Shown here in pieces: positions 50,136 through 58,248 of a stretch of DNA of 64,000 nucleotides (position 1 is the stretch's first letter; the number at the start of each line of letters is the position of its first letter). The notes under the pieces were generated by a model. That model was not told the DNA's origin, did no database searches, and worked only from the letters and a program-made list of their open reading frames with translations. The translations under genes were made by a program, and so were the position numbers. The stretch lies in IMG/VR virus record IMGVR_UViG_3300029913_001576. One strand, written 5' to 3'. Source of the stretch: an uncultured virus (IMG/VR IMGVR_UViG_3300029913_001576). Lineage: Duplodnaviria; Heunggongvirae; Uroviricota; Caudoviricetes.

Positions 50136-50473
50136 TTTTTTGAAGGGATTCCGGCATGATGCGCGCTTACGGCTTCGGCCAAACTGATGGAGGATTCGCG
50201 AAGGAATCGGAGTTCGTTTCCGACCTGCCGACGGTACAGGTCGGCTATGTCCATGTTCGTCAGGGATAGTAGGGATATGACCTCCTCAAGGCGATGGGTT
50301 TTGATCCAAAGCTCAGTTTGTGCGCACGCAATAGAGTCTACAGATCGTGTGGTGTAGTGCTCCAGTAGAGCGGCGACAGCATCGCTAAAAATAGCGTCAG
50401 GGAAGTGTTGGTTTATCAGGTCGGCGATCTCCTTGGTGATGCGCCTGCGGTAGGTGTCGTCGTCATTGGCCAT
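50132..50473 (-). CDS. relaxosome accessory protein candidate
   Basis: First gene of the mob operon; ATG 6 nt after CATAAT; next to the repeat region. Confidence 0.5.
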   Translation of the reverse strand: MANDDDTYRRRITKEIADLINQHFPDAIFSDAVAALLEHYTTRSVDSIACAQTELWIKTHRLEEVISLLSLTNMDIADLYRRQVGNELRFLRESSISLAEAVSAHHAGIPSKK

Positions 50474-50516
50474 GCTCTAATTATGGGGTGCCGCGACCAG
50501 AGAGTGCTTCACGAAC

Positions 50517-50782
50517 GTCCCACCTGAGGGAGAAAACCCCCAAACGAAGGGGGTGGGACGGTTTTCAGGAGTCCCACCTAAGGGAGAAAAAGGCCCAACG
50601 AAGAGGGGGGTCGGGGCACATTTGAAAAAGACCGCGTCCCACCTGAGGGAGCAAAAACGCTATCGAGTCCCACCTGTGGCAGCAAAACACCCCACGAAGA
50701 GGGGGGGACGACGAATCAAGAAATCAAAAACGTCCCACCTAAGGGAGAAAACACCCCAACGAAGGGGGTGGGACGTTTTTGA
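50517..50782. repeat. array of GTCCCACCT direct repeats with inverted partners (candidate oriT / iteron region)
   Basis: GTCCCACCT at 50517, 50571, 50636, 50667, 50732; four ACGAAG(A)GGGG copies; perfect 16-bp inverted repeat 50724-50739/50767-50782. Confidence 0.85.
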
Positions 50783-50800
50783 ACAAAACCCGATCTTGCT
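50724..50800 (+). other. putative origin of transfer with nic-like ATCTTG/C
   Basis: Inverted repeat followed by ATCTTGC (50793-50799), similar to the MOB-P nic consensus YATCCTG/Y; adjacent to the relaxase operon. Confidence 0.5.
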
Positions 50801-50891
50801 GAGGTTAGACAGTGTCCCTGTGCAAACCCGTCCAAAATCCAAAAAACAGGCTAACCCAGAAAACCACCCCCGGGCCTCCCATAATTAGTAC

Positions 50892-51152
50892 ATGGCAAAC
50901 ACAAATCGCTACCTCGCGAGACTCGTCGAAGACAGGCTCGCCCACATCAAGTTCGAACCCGCCCCCACCCTCCTTAAGGATGCCATCGTGAGCGCCCTGG
51001 AGACCAAGGTTAAGAAGCTCGTAGACGATACGCTGAAGGACTGGCCCTCCGTATTGGAGTTCGGTAAAAGGGTCGCCCCGGAGGCCCATGCCGCCCAGCC
51101 AAAAGCCCCCGCGGCAGCACCCAAAGCGACCCCCTCCGCAGCCAAGGCATAG
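50892..51152 (+). CDS. small hypothetical protein
   Basis: ATG 6 nt after CATAAT; Ala/Lys/Pro-rich tail. Confidence 0.7.
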   Translation: MANTNRYLARLVEDRLAHIKFEPAPTLLKDAIVSALETKVKKLVDDTLKDWPSVLEFGKRVAPEAHAAQPKAPAAAPKATPSAAKA

Positions 51153-51183
51153 CCGGTCGCCACCCCACGCCAGACTAGGCGGA

Positions 51184-51549
51184 TCAGACATTGAAGCCGG
51201 GCTTCGCAGGCCAATCTGCGAACCCGGCTTCTTGATGTACAGGCACCCCCAGCGACGCCGCATCGCCCTTCATGGCCACGGCAACGTACACCTTCCCTAG
51301 GGCGCTAGACGCAGCCTCAATATGGACGCACCGAAGCTCAGCCGCCGGAGCCGCACCTGCCTTAAGCTTGTCCCCGCACTTGCAGACAAAATGGCCACAG
51401 GAGCACTCCCCATTGCCGTTGTAGTGCGATAGATCAACATGCTGGGTGTCCTCCGGGTCGCTAAGCGACGGGACTCCCCACACGTAGGGGAAGTCGATCA
51501 CATAGGGCTCGTAGAAGGCCAGGACCGTCACAGCCACTTGAAGAGCCAA
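51184..51549 (-). CDS. SWIM-type zinc finger protein
   Basis: CSCGHF...CVHI motif. Confidence 0.65.
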   Translation of the reverse strand: MALQVAVTVLAFYEPYVIDFPYVWGVPSLSDPEDTQHVDLSHYNGNGECSCGHFVCKCGDKLKAGAAPAAELRCVHIEAASSALGKVYVAVAMKGDAASLGVPVHQEAGFADWPAKPGFNV

Positions 51550-51953
51550 ACACGGTGTTCGATCAGGTAGGGGAACACGAACAGCGAGAGCAGGAAGTAG
51601 GCGATGATGCCCCCAACGACCAGCTGTTGAACGATGGACCGCAGGCGCACCCGCTCGGCCCTGGCCCTGAGGGCAAGAAGTTCATCCTCCCCCATAGCGG
51701 CTATCGCATCCACGAGGTTGTCGGGATCAGGGAACCCGGCAGCGCGGCCGGCAAGGTGTGCCAGCTTAAGACCCGGGGGTTCCCATTCATCTGACGCCTG
51801 CGCAGCCTGCCCGGACGGAACGCCGTGGGAGGGGTCGAGAGGCTTGTGGTCAAGAGAGTCCATCTCCGTCCAGTCACGGGACGGCTTCAGTATCCTGACA
51901 GTCGGCGTCGAGCCAGGGGGCTTGCCGGCGTTCGGATCAGAGGGGGTGCTCAT
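51528..51953 (-). CDS. membrane protein
   Basis: C-terminal TM helix; coupled to neighbours. Confidence 0.6.
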   Translation of the reverse strand: MSTPSDPNAGKPPGSTPTVRILKPSRDWTEMDSLDHKPLDPSHGVPSGQAAQASDEWEPPGLKLAHLAGRAAGFPDPDNLVDAIAAMGEDELLALRARAERVRLRSIVQQLVVGGIIAYFLLSLFVFPYLIEHRVWLFKWL

Positions 51954-52513
51954 ATCAGTTGGGCTGTTTTGACTACGCAGGTGTCGGGCTCGAAGAGGAT
52001 GACGAAGAGGTTCTTGCTTTGGTGGTCTGGGCGGTCCGGGTCCTTGCCCCAGATGGTGACCGCCAGTGAATGGTTGTGCCTATCCTCAACCCAGTCGCTG
52101 TTACCGAGTAGCTCGTGGGTAAAGGGGTAATGCGCGAGGATGAATTGGCCCCTGAGGCGCCGGGAGGCCCACAGGTCTATGCCGACTGGGATCTCCACTT
52201 GATTAGCCTGCGCCATCAGGCTCTCGGACAGCTTCGCCAGATTGACGCAAACCCACGAAAGCACGAGTCGCTCGCCCTGGAACTCGCCGGGAATGACAAT
52301 CCCTTCGTCAGGGAAGGAAACGGAGTCGCTACGCTCGACTTGCCTGCGGGCCGCCCGCACCACAGCTGCATGGTACGGGGACTCGTTCCCTGTCTCCGCC
52401 GATTCAAACAGCTTCGCCAGGTCTGCCCGTCCAGCCGCAAGCAAGGCGTCCCGGATCTCGGGGGTTAGCCGGGACTCGAAGGCGAACGCGCGGTAGCTTT
52501 GGGAGTCGTTCAT
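51950..52513 (-). CDS. hypothetical protein
   Basis: 187 aa; coupled. Confidence 0.65.
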   Translation of the reverse strand: MNDSQSYRAFAFESRLTPEIRDALLAAGRADLAKLFESAETGNESPYHAAVVRAARRQVERSDSVSFPDEGIVIPGEFQGERLVLSWVCVNLAKLSESLMAQANQVEIPVGIDLWASRRLRGQFILAHYPFTHELLGNSDWVEDRHNHSLAVTIWGKDPDRPDHQSKNLFVILFEPDTCVVKTAQLI

Positions 52514-52520
52514 TTGGGAC

Positions 52521-52982
52521 CTAGTGGTGGTGAAGCTGGAGGATTTCGTACTGCTTGTACCAGTAGTAGGGGCTGATGAGGTTGAAGGATTTGCTGATGT
52601 AGTACCAATGCCCTCCGCAATAGCCGAGCAGGAGGAGCCCGAAGAAGATGCCCCCGATGAAGCTCAGGAGGGGGTGTCCAAGAATCGCATTCGCGAGCAG
52701 CCAGTACCACCACTCCATCGTAGCCTGTGCCTTCTTGACGGACGCATAGGTGGCTTCCCGGAGTTGCTCCAGATTGCCAGGCTCGGGCTCAACGGTGGGC
52801 GTCATCAGCCAGTACCAGACATCCCCGATCACCGTATTGGAGTTCTTTCTGAATTCCTTGGTCGCTACGAAATTCTCGTGGAAATTCGTCAGACGCCCCA
52901 TGCGCCGTCCCGCGGCGGGAACACCGTCACGAGCGGCGAGGCGGGCCTGGTCGAGGGCGGAAGGTTTTTGAGGGGAGGACAT
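52521..52982 (-). CDS. membrane protein
   Basis: 153 aa with a TM segment. Confidence 0.6.
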   Translation of the reverse strand: MSSPQKPSALDQARLAARDGVPAAGRRMGRLTNFHENFVATKEFRKNSNTVIGDVWYWLMTPTVEPEPGNLEQLREATYASVKKAQATMEWWYWLLANAILGHPLLSFIGGIFFGLLLLGYCGGHWYYISKSFNLISPYYWYKQYEILQLHHH

Positions 52983-53028
52983 GGGCTGAAAAGGTGGCTG
53001 CGTGGGCGGGTACGGCGCTCGGACCCCA

Positions 53029-53172
53029 TCAGGGGTCCAACCCTCCCCGGTCGAGAACCTTCTGGACGTTCCGGGGGGTGCGCCTCCGGCTACCGAACCA
53101 GCGGGTCGGAGGGGGCATCGTCTTACGGATGCTCTTCAAGATCACGGTCTGGGTGATGGTAGCGGGCTTCAT
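53029..53172 (-). CDS. small basic protein (47 aa; not in the ORF track)
   Basis: ATG 5 nt after CATCTT; MKPATITQTVILKSIRKTMPPPTRWF... Confidence 0.55.
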   Translation of the reverse strand: MKPATITQTVILKSIRKTMPPPTRWFGSRRRTPRNVQKVLDRGGLDP

Positions 53173-53232
53173 AGCACAAGATGGGGGGGCTCCTGCCTAA
53201 ATAATCGGCTGGAACCCCCGAGTTTCAACCCC

Positions 53233-53655
53233 TTAGCGGGCGAAAAGGTGCGCCCCAGCAGTGCAAGGCAGGTAGACCACTTGCCCGAAATGATAGACCC
53301 CTGTGGGTTCGGTCAGGTAGACGATGGCCCCATTGGTCAGCTGCACCGTGATCGCGTCAGAATAGGCGTTGATCTGATGGCCGGAAACAACCGTACCCTC
53401 GTTGGCCTGCACGCTGACCCCGTCAAGAAGGACGGAGAGCCGAAGCCCCTCCCGGCCATCCATGTCCCGGCGAACCTCGATGCGCCTGCCAACCTGGGCA
53501 TGCTTGACCTCCTTGCGGACCTCGGGGCGGGCAACGGGGGCGGCAAGCAGCGGCTTGCGGGAGTCCTGAGCACGGACGGCGGGCTTGGCGTCAGAGGCCA
53601 TAACCGACGACGAAACAGCGAGAAACGTGACAACGAGAGCGATAGTGAGTTTCAT
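53233..53655 (-). CDS. secreted hypothetical protein
   Basis: MKLTIALVVTFLAVSSSVMA signal; ATG 5 nt after CATCTT. Confidence 0.65.
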   Translation of the reverse strand: MKLTIALVVTFLAVSSSVMASDAKPAVRAQDSRKPLLAAPVARPEVRKEVKHAQVGRRIEVRRDMDGREGLRLSVLLDGVSVQANEGTVVSGHQINAYSDAITVQLTNGAIVYLTEPTGVYHFGQVVYLPCTAGAHLFAR

Positions 53656-53844
53656 GGAGCAAGATGGGGTCGGCGAAATGGGGTACAACCAAGCACCTCC
53701 CAACCGAGCCCCCACCGGTTGTTCCCCGTCAAGAAGCTGTCTCCACAGAGTAGCGGTTCCCTGGGAAGGTGATGGCAACCCGGGCAATCTGGCCCTCGGC
53801 GTCGCTAGGGTACACCTCAATGAGGCGAATCGCAGTCATAGGGG

Positions 53845-54318
53845 CTAGACCGTGGCGTAGGTCTCGGGGGTGCGACGATGGGCCGGGACGGGGCGATATT
53901 GGGTCAAAGCTGCCCGGCGGGCGAAAACGAGCCGTGGCAGGCCCTTCCCGAACTGGTCGGCGGTGGGATCTGCGATCCAAAGATCCGGACCTGCCTCGAA
54001 AGTAACTGCAACATGCCAAGCCACAGCCCCATCGGCCATAGCGTAGCTGAATTCTGCCAGGCGGAAGGTGATCCACGGGAACGCGCGAATGAGCGACTCC
54101 ACAAGCCCGTCAGACTCGTCAGCGCACCGGCCCTCAAACACCCTCGGGTTGTCACCCCACCCCAGGAAAGCCTCTGAGGCAGCCCGCCAGGTCGAGCAAT
54201 GCTCGGCGATCTCCTCCACAAGGGGGCCGGAAGAGGCTATTGCCCCCTGCACGCCGGCAAGGATTGTCGCGGCGGCCGCCTGGAGAGTGCCTGCGTCGGT
54301 AACTGTGGGCGTTCCCAT
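53845..54318 (-). CDS. hypothetical protein, possible transglutaminase/papain-like fold
   Basis: GRCADES...WHVAV...WIADPTADQF gives a Cys-His-Asp arrangement. Confidence 0.55.
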   Translation of the reverse strand: MGTPTVTDAGTLQAAAATILAGVQGAIASSGPLVEEIAEHCSTWRAASEAFLGWGDNPRVFEGRCADESDGLVESLIRAFPWITFRLAEFSYAMADGAVAWHVAVTFEAGPDLWIADPTADQFGKGLPRLVFARRAALTQYRPVPAHRRTPETYATV

Positions 54319-54356
54319 GCTTCCAAGTTGGGAGGCGCGCGTGGGCAGGCCGGAAG

Positions 54357-55001
54357 CTAGCGAGCCCGTAGCTCTAGGGAGGCCCCCCGGGGGGTAGGCA
54401 AACGGCGGGTCGCTCGCCGTGGGAGGAGGCCCTCAAGGGCGGCAAAGTCGTGCTCCGGTGTGCCGCTCAGGATCACATTCTGAAAGGTGGCCATTTCAGC
54501 CAGCTCAACCGAGGCGCTTGCCATGCGGCGCGAAAGCTCGGCGGGAGACATGTTGCCACGGGCAACCAGGCGGTCCCGAAGAGTATCGAGGGAGTCGGCG
54601 GCCACGAAGACCTCTATCAGCCGGCCATGGAGGCGGGGATCGCCCGAAGCAGCCTTCCTCAGGCTTCGGGCGCCCTGGATGTCGAGGATGCCCACAAGGT
54701 TCGTATGGTCGAGCCGGTCAACGACAGCGGACCGCAAAGTCCCATAGCGGTGCTTCCCGTGGACGTACGCCCATTCCAGGAAGTCGTCGCCCTGGAGGCG
54801 GGCATCGAACTGTGCCTCACTCATGAACAGATAATCAACGCCGTCCACCTCGCCTGGTCGCGGGTCGCGGGTCGTGGCAGTCACGAGACGCTCAAAGCCA
54901 GGGACCTCGCGAGCAACCCGGTTGCACAAAGTCGTCTTACCGGCGCCTGACGGGCCGACGATGACAAGGAGGTGTGTCGGGGACTGTGAATCGTGCTGCA
55001 T
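54357..55001 (-). CDS. gmk: guanylate kinase
   Basis: GPSGAGKTT, TTRDPRPGEVDGVDYLF, FLEWAYVHG..YGT, DIQGA. Confidence 0.92.
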   Translation of the reverse strand: MQHDSQSPTHLLVIVGPSGAGKTTLCNRVAREVPGFERLVTATTRDPRPGEVDGVDYLFMSEAQFDARLQGDDFLEWAYVHGKHRYGTLRSAVVDRLDHTNLVGILDIQGARSLRKAASGDPRLHGRLIEVFVAADSLDTLRDRLVARGNMSPAELSRRMASASVELAEMATFQNVILSGTPEHDFAALEGLLPRRATRRLPTPRGASLELRAR

Positions 55002-55048
55002 CCTCAACAAGTATGGGGGGGGGCGATTCGCAGCGCGTTCAAGATGCA

Positions 55049-55195
55049 CTAGACCCGGAAGACGCCGTAGACATGGCGCGGGGCAACAGCCGTCCGGTTC
55101 CGGCGCTCCATCGCCATGCGGATCAGGACGTACATCGCAGGGAGAAAGAAAACGAGGGCGACTACAGCGTAGTCGAAGGGCTCAAGGGGTGTCAT
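55049..55195 (-). CDS. small membrane protein (48 aa; not in the ORF track)
   Basis: ATG 5 nt after CATCTT; single TM helix YAVVALVFFLPAMYVLI. Confidence 0.55.
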   Translation of the reverse strand: MTPLEPFDYAVVALVFFLPAMYVLIRMAMERRNRTAVAPRHVYGVFRV

Positions 55196-55211
55196 GACCC
55201 AAGATGGCGAC

Positions 55212-55433
55212 TCAACCCCCGAGGACCGGCTGCTTCGCGCGGATGGACTCGATCATGCGAAAAGCGCCACCCGGACCATCCGGGGCCGTGAGCGAGCGGT
55301 TCGCCTGCATCCGCTCATTGTCCGAAAAGACATCCTCCTTGACCGCACGCCGCATCCAGTCGTCGAGGCTCTCGGCGGACGTGGGGGCGCAAAGGTCGGC
55401 GATAGCTACGAGGAGTTCTTCGATGTCATGCAT
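55212..55433 (-). CDS. hypothetical protein
   Basis: 73 aa; CATCTT motif upstream. Confidence 0.6.
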   Translation of the reverse strand: MHDIEELLVAIADLCAPTSAESLDDWMRRAVKEDVFSDNERMQANRSLTAPDGPGGAFRMIESIRAKQPVLGG

Positions 55434-55449
55434 GGTGCGTCAAGATGGG

Positions 55450-55749
55450 TCATTGGCTGAGCGAGTTTTCGAGCGACATAAGCGCAGGATGTCCGTGACC
55501 AAGAACCTTGTTCAGCGCCATGGACACCCGACCAGGAGTCAGGCCCATTTCTCCGTAGGAAAGGCGACCGAGCCTGACGGCGAGCTTGCGCGCCTGCTCG
55601 GTGGTGATGAGGGCATGGCTCACAGCTCGGTCCAGAGCGCCTGGCACATGAGCCGGTGCGACTGTGACCGGATTGTGGAACTTCTCCTGTTGGCGAAGAC
55701 CAACCGAGTGGTGCGTGTCGTTGTAGAGGCCGGAGATGGATTTGGACAT
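55450..55749 (-). CDS. hypothetical protein
   Basis: 99 aa; ATG 5 nt after CATCTT. Confidence 0.6.
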   Translation of the reverse strand: MSKSISGLYNDTHHSVGLRQQEKFHNPVTVAPAHVPGALDRAVSHALITTEQARKLAVRLGRLSYGEMGLTPGRVSMALNKVLGHGHPALMSLENSLSQ

Positions 55750-55783
55750 AAAGCAAGATGGGTCGGCGGCTCCTCTGGTCCGA

Positions 55784-55975
55784 TCAAGCGTGCGCAGGAG
55801 GGGCGGATTTGGCGGACGCAGCCTGGAGTTCTGCGTTAAACCGGCAGAGATAGTCGTGGGCTGTCTCGACGTTGTAGTTCCTGCGATTCACCGCGTCCGC
55901 GACCTTCTTCGAGAAGGTCTCGAAAATGGCCTTACCTGTTGCTTTGCACGTCACGATCCAGCTATGAGGTTGCAT
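55784..55975 (-). CDS. small hypothetical protein
   Basis: MQPHSWIVTCKATGKAIFETF...; ATG 5 nt after CATCTT. Confidence 0.65.
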   Translation of the reverse strand: MQPHSWIVTCKATGKAIFETFSKKVADAVNRRNYNVETAHDYLCRFNAELQAASAKSAPPAHA

Positions 55976-56044
55976 GTGACAAGATGGAGTTCGTAGGACA
56001 GCGACGGAAGTCGCTACACTCGCCGCCGGGATAGCCCCTAAGTC

Positions 56045-56080
56045 AAAAGGGGTGCCTGGCTTACCCATGGCACCCCTTTT
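56045..56080 (-). terminator. intrinsic (possibly bidirectional) terminator
   Basis: AAAAGGGGTGCC...GGCACCCCTTTT 12-bp inverted repeat just downstream of the tRNA-like gene. Confidence 0.75.
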
Positions 56081-56086
56081 GGAAAT

Positions 56087-56149
56087 TGGCGGCCGCGTGG
56101 GATTCGAACCCAGAGGCTATCATCCCCTGCCCCAGTGGTCAGCGCAGCC
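56087..56149 (-). ncRNA. 63-nt truncated tRNA-like RNA with encoded CCA
   Basis: Acceptor stem GGCTGCG/CGCGGCC, G discriminator plus CCA, T arm TGGG-TTCGAAT-CCCA, stem with 7-nt loop ATGATAG. Confidence 0.65.
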
Positions 56150-56190
56150 GTATAAGGAACCTAGTGAAGCAAGATGGCCTGAGCGGAACG

Positions 56191-56433
56191 CTAACTCCGG
56201 TCCCGAAGGGCAACCGTCGCTCCCGTCGAGTAACGGCCTGTGGGAACGATTGCGGCGGTGAACCGCTCGTTCAGTCGGCCCAAGATCGTGTCCAGTCGGA
56301 ACTCGGCATTGGGACGGCCACCGTTCCTCCGAAGCTTCGACCCGACGATGGACTCCACCTTGCTGGTCGCTACTTCGTAGACGACGACATCAAAGAGAGG
56401 CGCTGTCGATTGCGAGTGGGTTTGCATGGGCAT
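56191..56433 (-). CDS. hypothetical protein
   Basis: 80 aa downstream of the methyltransferase. Confidence 0.55.
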   Translation of the reverse strand: MPMQTHSQSTAPLFDVVVYEVATSKVESIVGSKLRRNGGRPNAEFRLDTILGRLNERFTAAIVPTGRYSTGATVALRDRS

Positions 56434-56441
56434 GGGAGTGG

Positions 56442-57797
56442 TCAGGTCGAGGCGAAGAGGGGAAGGTCCTCGACTCCGCTCGAAACAGGGGCGCGCACGA
56501 TGGCGGTTGCCGCTCGGATCACGGCGGTGAAGAGGGGGACGTAGACCGCCTGACCCAAAAGTCTCCAGGCGCGAGTCTTGGCCTCGGGGAGTACGTAGCT
56601 GTCGTTCAGGCCAAAGATTCGGCGGCCCTCGCTCACGGTGAAGTAGCGATAGGTGTCCGGCAACGTGGGATGGGCAAGCAACGGCTGATCGTTCTTAGTT
56701 TCGCCATACTCGGCGGTCAAAGTGCCCATGGAAATATCAGTCGGTTTGACGACCTGGAACCCGAAACCGCTACCGCGCTCAGCATTGCGCTCGTTGACCC
56801 GGAAGACCCACGGCTTGCTTTCGCGGTTCCACCAAAGCTCCTGGGGAACGTCGCGGTCAAGAAGGTCGCCCACGGTGGTGCGCCGGGCATCAGTCGCGAG
56901 GGGGGTCGGCCACACAAAGGGCTGGCGGCCGGCCTCGGGAGTCGTGGCAACGAGGACGGTGCGCGTGCGCTTTGAAACCGCGCCAAAATCCGCAGCGCTC
57001 ATGACCTGGCTGTCTACGCTGTAACCCAGGCGGCGGAGGGCGCCAGAGAGGCTTGCCCAAAGCTCCTTATCCTTGAACCCCGGGGCGCACTCCAGGATGA
57101 CCGTGCGCGGGTTGACGCGGGAGATGATGAGGAACGCCCAGAAAGCCATGTCGCCCAGCGGGTGTTCGGTGGCGGGCCGCGAGCGGTCGATCTTGCTGCC
57201 GTCGGCGTTGAGCGTGCGGCAGCGCGCCCAAGGCTGGCATGGGAGGCCGAGTAAGAGCAATTCAACCGGCGTGAGACTCGTGGAAAAAGCCGCCTCGTGG
57301 ACCGACATTTCGTAGACGGCCGCGCTCGGGTGGTTTCCGGAGTAGGTGTCGGCCGTGCTGCCCTCGATCTCGACCGCCCATTTGGCGGTATAGCCGGCCT
57401 CGACGCCGGCCTGGTCAAGGAGGCCAGCGCCGGAAAAAAGGGAGCCCATCGAGCCATCGCTCGGGCGCGCCCGCTGCTGTTGGTCGAGCGGATGGACCGT
57501 AAGCACGATCTCGCGCTCGCTCACTCGCACTTGGATCGTCCGGGAATCGCCGAAGACCTCCGACAAAAACTTCGCATTGAGGTCGATCAAGGGGTGCCCG
57601 TTCTTCTCTTGGACGCGCTTGCCGGAAGGCTCCTCGCAAGGGCTGATCGAAAGAGTGCCCGCGCCCATTCGGATCGAAATCCATTGGCCGCCGGCGAAAC
57701 CGGCCCTGGCAAGGTATCGGGCATTGACGAAATAGCGGGGTGCGCCGCGCTGCTGCCCAAGATGCACTACGGACTCATGGATGAGGTTCGATTTCAT
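56442..57797 (-). CDS. C5 cytosine DNA methyltransferase with extra N-terminal (AbrB/SymE-like) domain
   Basis: SLFSGAG (motif I), GLPCQ (IV), LECAP (VI variant), KRTR (VIII), RYFTVSEGRR, LLGQAV (X). Confidence 0.88.
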   Translation of the reverse strand: MKSNLIHESVVHLGQQRGAPRYFVNARYLARAGFAGGQWISIRMGAGTLSISPCEEPSGKRVQEKNGHPLIDLNAKFLSEVFGDSRTIQVRVSEREIVLTVHPLDQQQRARPSDGSMGSLFSGAGLLDQAGVEAGYTAKWAVEIEGSTADTYSGNHPSAAVYEMSVHEAAFSTSLTPVELLLLGLPCQPWARCRTLNADGSKIDRSRPATEHPLGDMAFWAFLIISRVNPRTVILECAPGFKDKELWASLSGALRRLGYSVDSQVMSAADFGAVSKRTRTVLVATTPEAGRQPFVWPTPLATDARRTTVGDLLDRDVPQELWWNRESKPWVFRVNERNAERGSGFGFQVVKPTDISMGTLTAEYGETKNDQPLLAHPTLPDTYRYFTVSEGRRIFGLNDSYVLPEAKTRAWRLLGQAVYVPLFTAVIRAATAIVRAPVSSGVEDLPLFAST

Positions 57798-57821
57798 GGC
57801 GATTGAGGCTTCAAGATGGAG

Positions 57822-58013
57822 TCAGGTGGGACGGGTCTGCGCCTTGCGGACAGCCCTGGCGATGAGTTCATCGAGCGCGGCCTGCTTCACCTTCTTGCCC
57901 GGACCATCGAGGGTAATCAGGACGCAGCGGAGCGTCGCGTCATCAGCGGCAGGGACCTTCGAGAGGTCCGTGGGAGCCAGCCAGCCGGCCAGCGGTTGCT
58001 CGGGTGTGCTCAC
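57822..58013 (-). CDS. hypothetical protein
   Basis: 63 aa in the array. Confidence 0.45.
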   Translation of the reverse strand: MSTPEQPLAGWLAPTDLSKVPAADDATLRCVLITLDGPGKKVKQAALDELIARAVRKAQTRPT

Positions 58014-58026
58014 GGGAATAATCCCG

Positions 58027-58224
58027 TCAGCCCTGGGAATCGGGCGTCGCCAACTGCTTGAAGCGGTGGTGGCGAATTACCCAAACCGCACCGGCCACAA
58101 ACGCCACCGTCGCAATCGAGTGGCTCAGAATGTAATGCCCCGGACGATTCGCCGTAAGAGTCTGCGCAAAGGCGGCCAGCAGAAACACGGCGCAGAGGAC
58201 ACGGTCGAAGCGATGGGATTTCAT
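58027..58224 (-). CDS. small membrane protein
   Basis: Two TM helices; CATCTT motif upstream. Confidence 0.55.
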   Translation of the reverse strand: MKSHRFDRVLCAVFLLAAFAQTLTANRPGHYILSHSIATVAFVAGAVWVIRHHRFKQLATPDSQG

Positions 58225-58248
58225 GGGATGTAAGGCAAGATGGGCTCC

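Larger units (their letters stand above)
10030..50890. promoter_or_regulatory. recurrent CCCATAATT/CCCATACTT promoter-like motif in front of core genes
   Basis: Cores at e.g. 10032(-), 10159(+), 14519(+), 16066(-), 16950(-), 19978(-), 21767(-), 25905(-), 29859(-), 29941(+), 32867(+), 46604(-), 48272(-), 50480(-), 50880(+). Confidence 0.8.

Noticed and set aside
50517..50782. CRISPR array
   Set aside because: Repeats are short, irregularly spaced (31-65 nt) and the intervening sequences resemble each other; no cas genes in the window
53660..53839. Possible frameshifted small gene MTAIRLIEVYP...
   Set aside because: Only 36 codons, no recognisable motif and no promoter motif; insufficient support
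56087..56149. Canonical functional tRNA-Ile(GAT)
   Set aside because: Too short, lacks U8, a normal D arm and the variable loop; G discriminator; reported as tRNA-like instead
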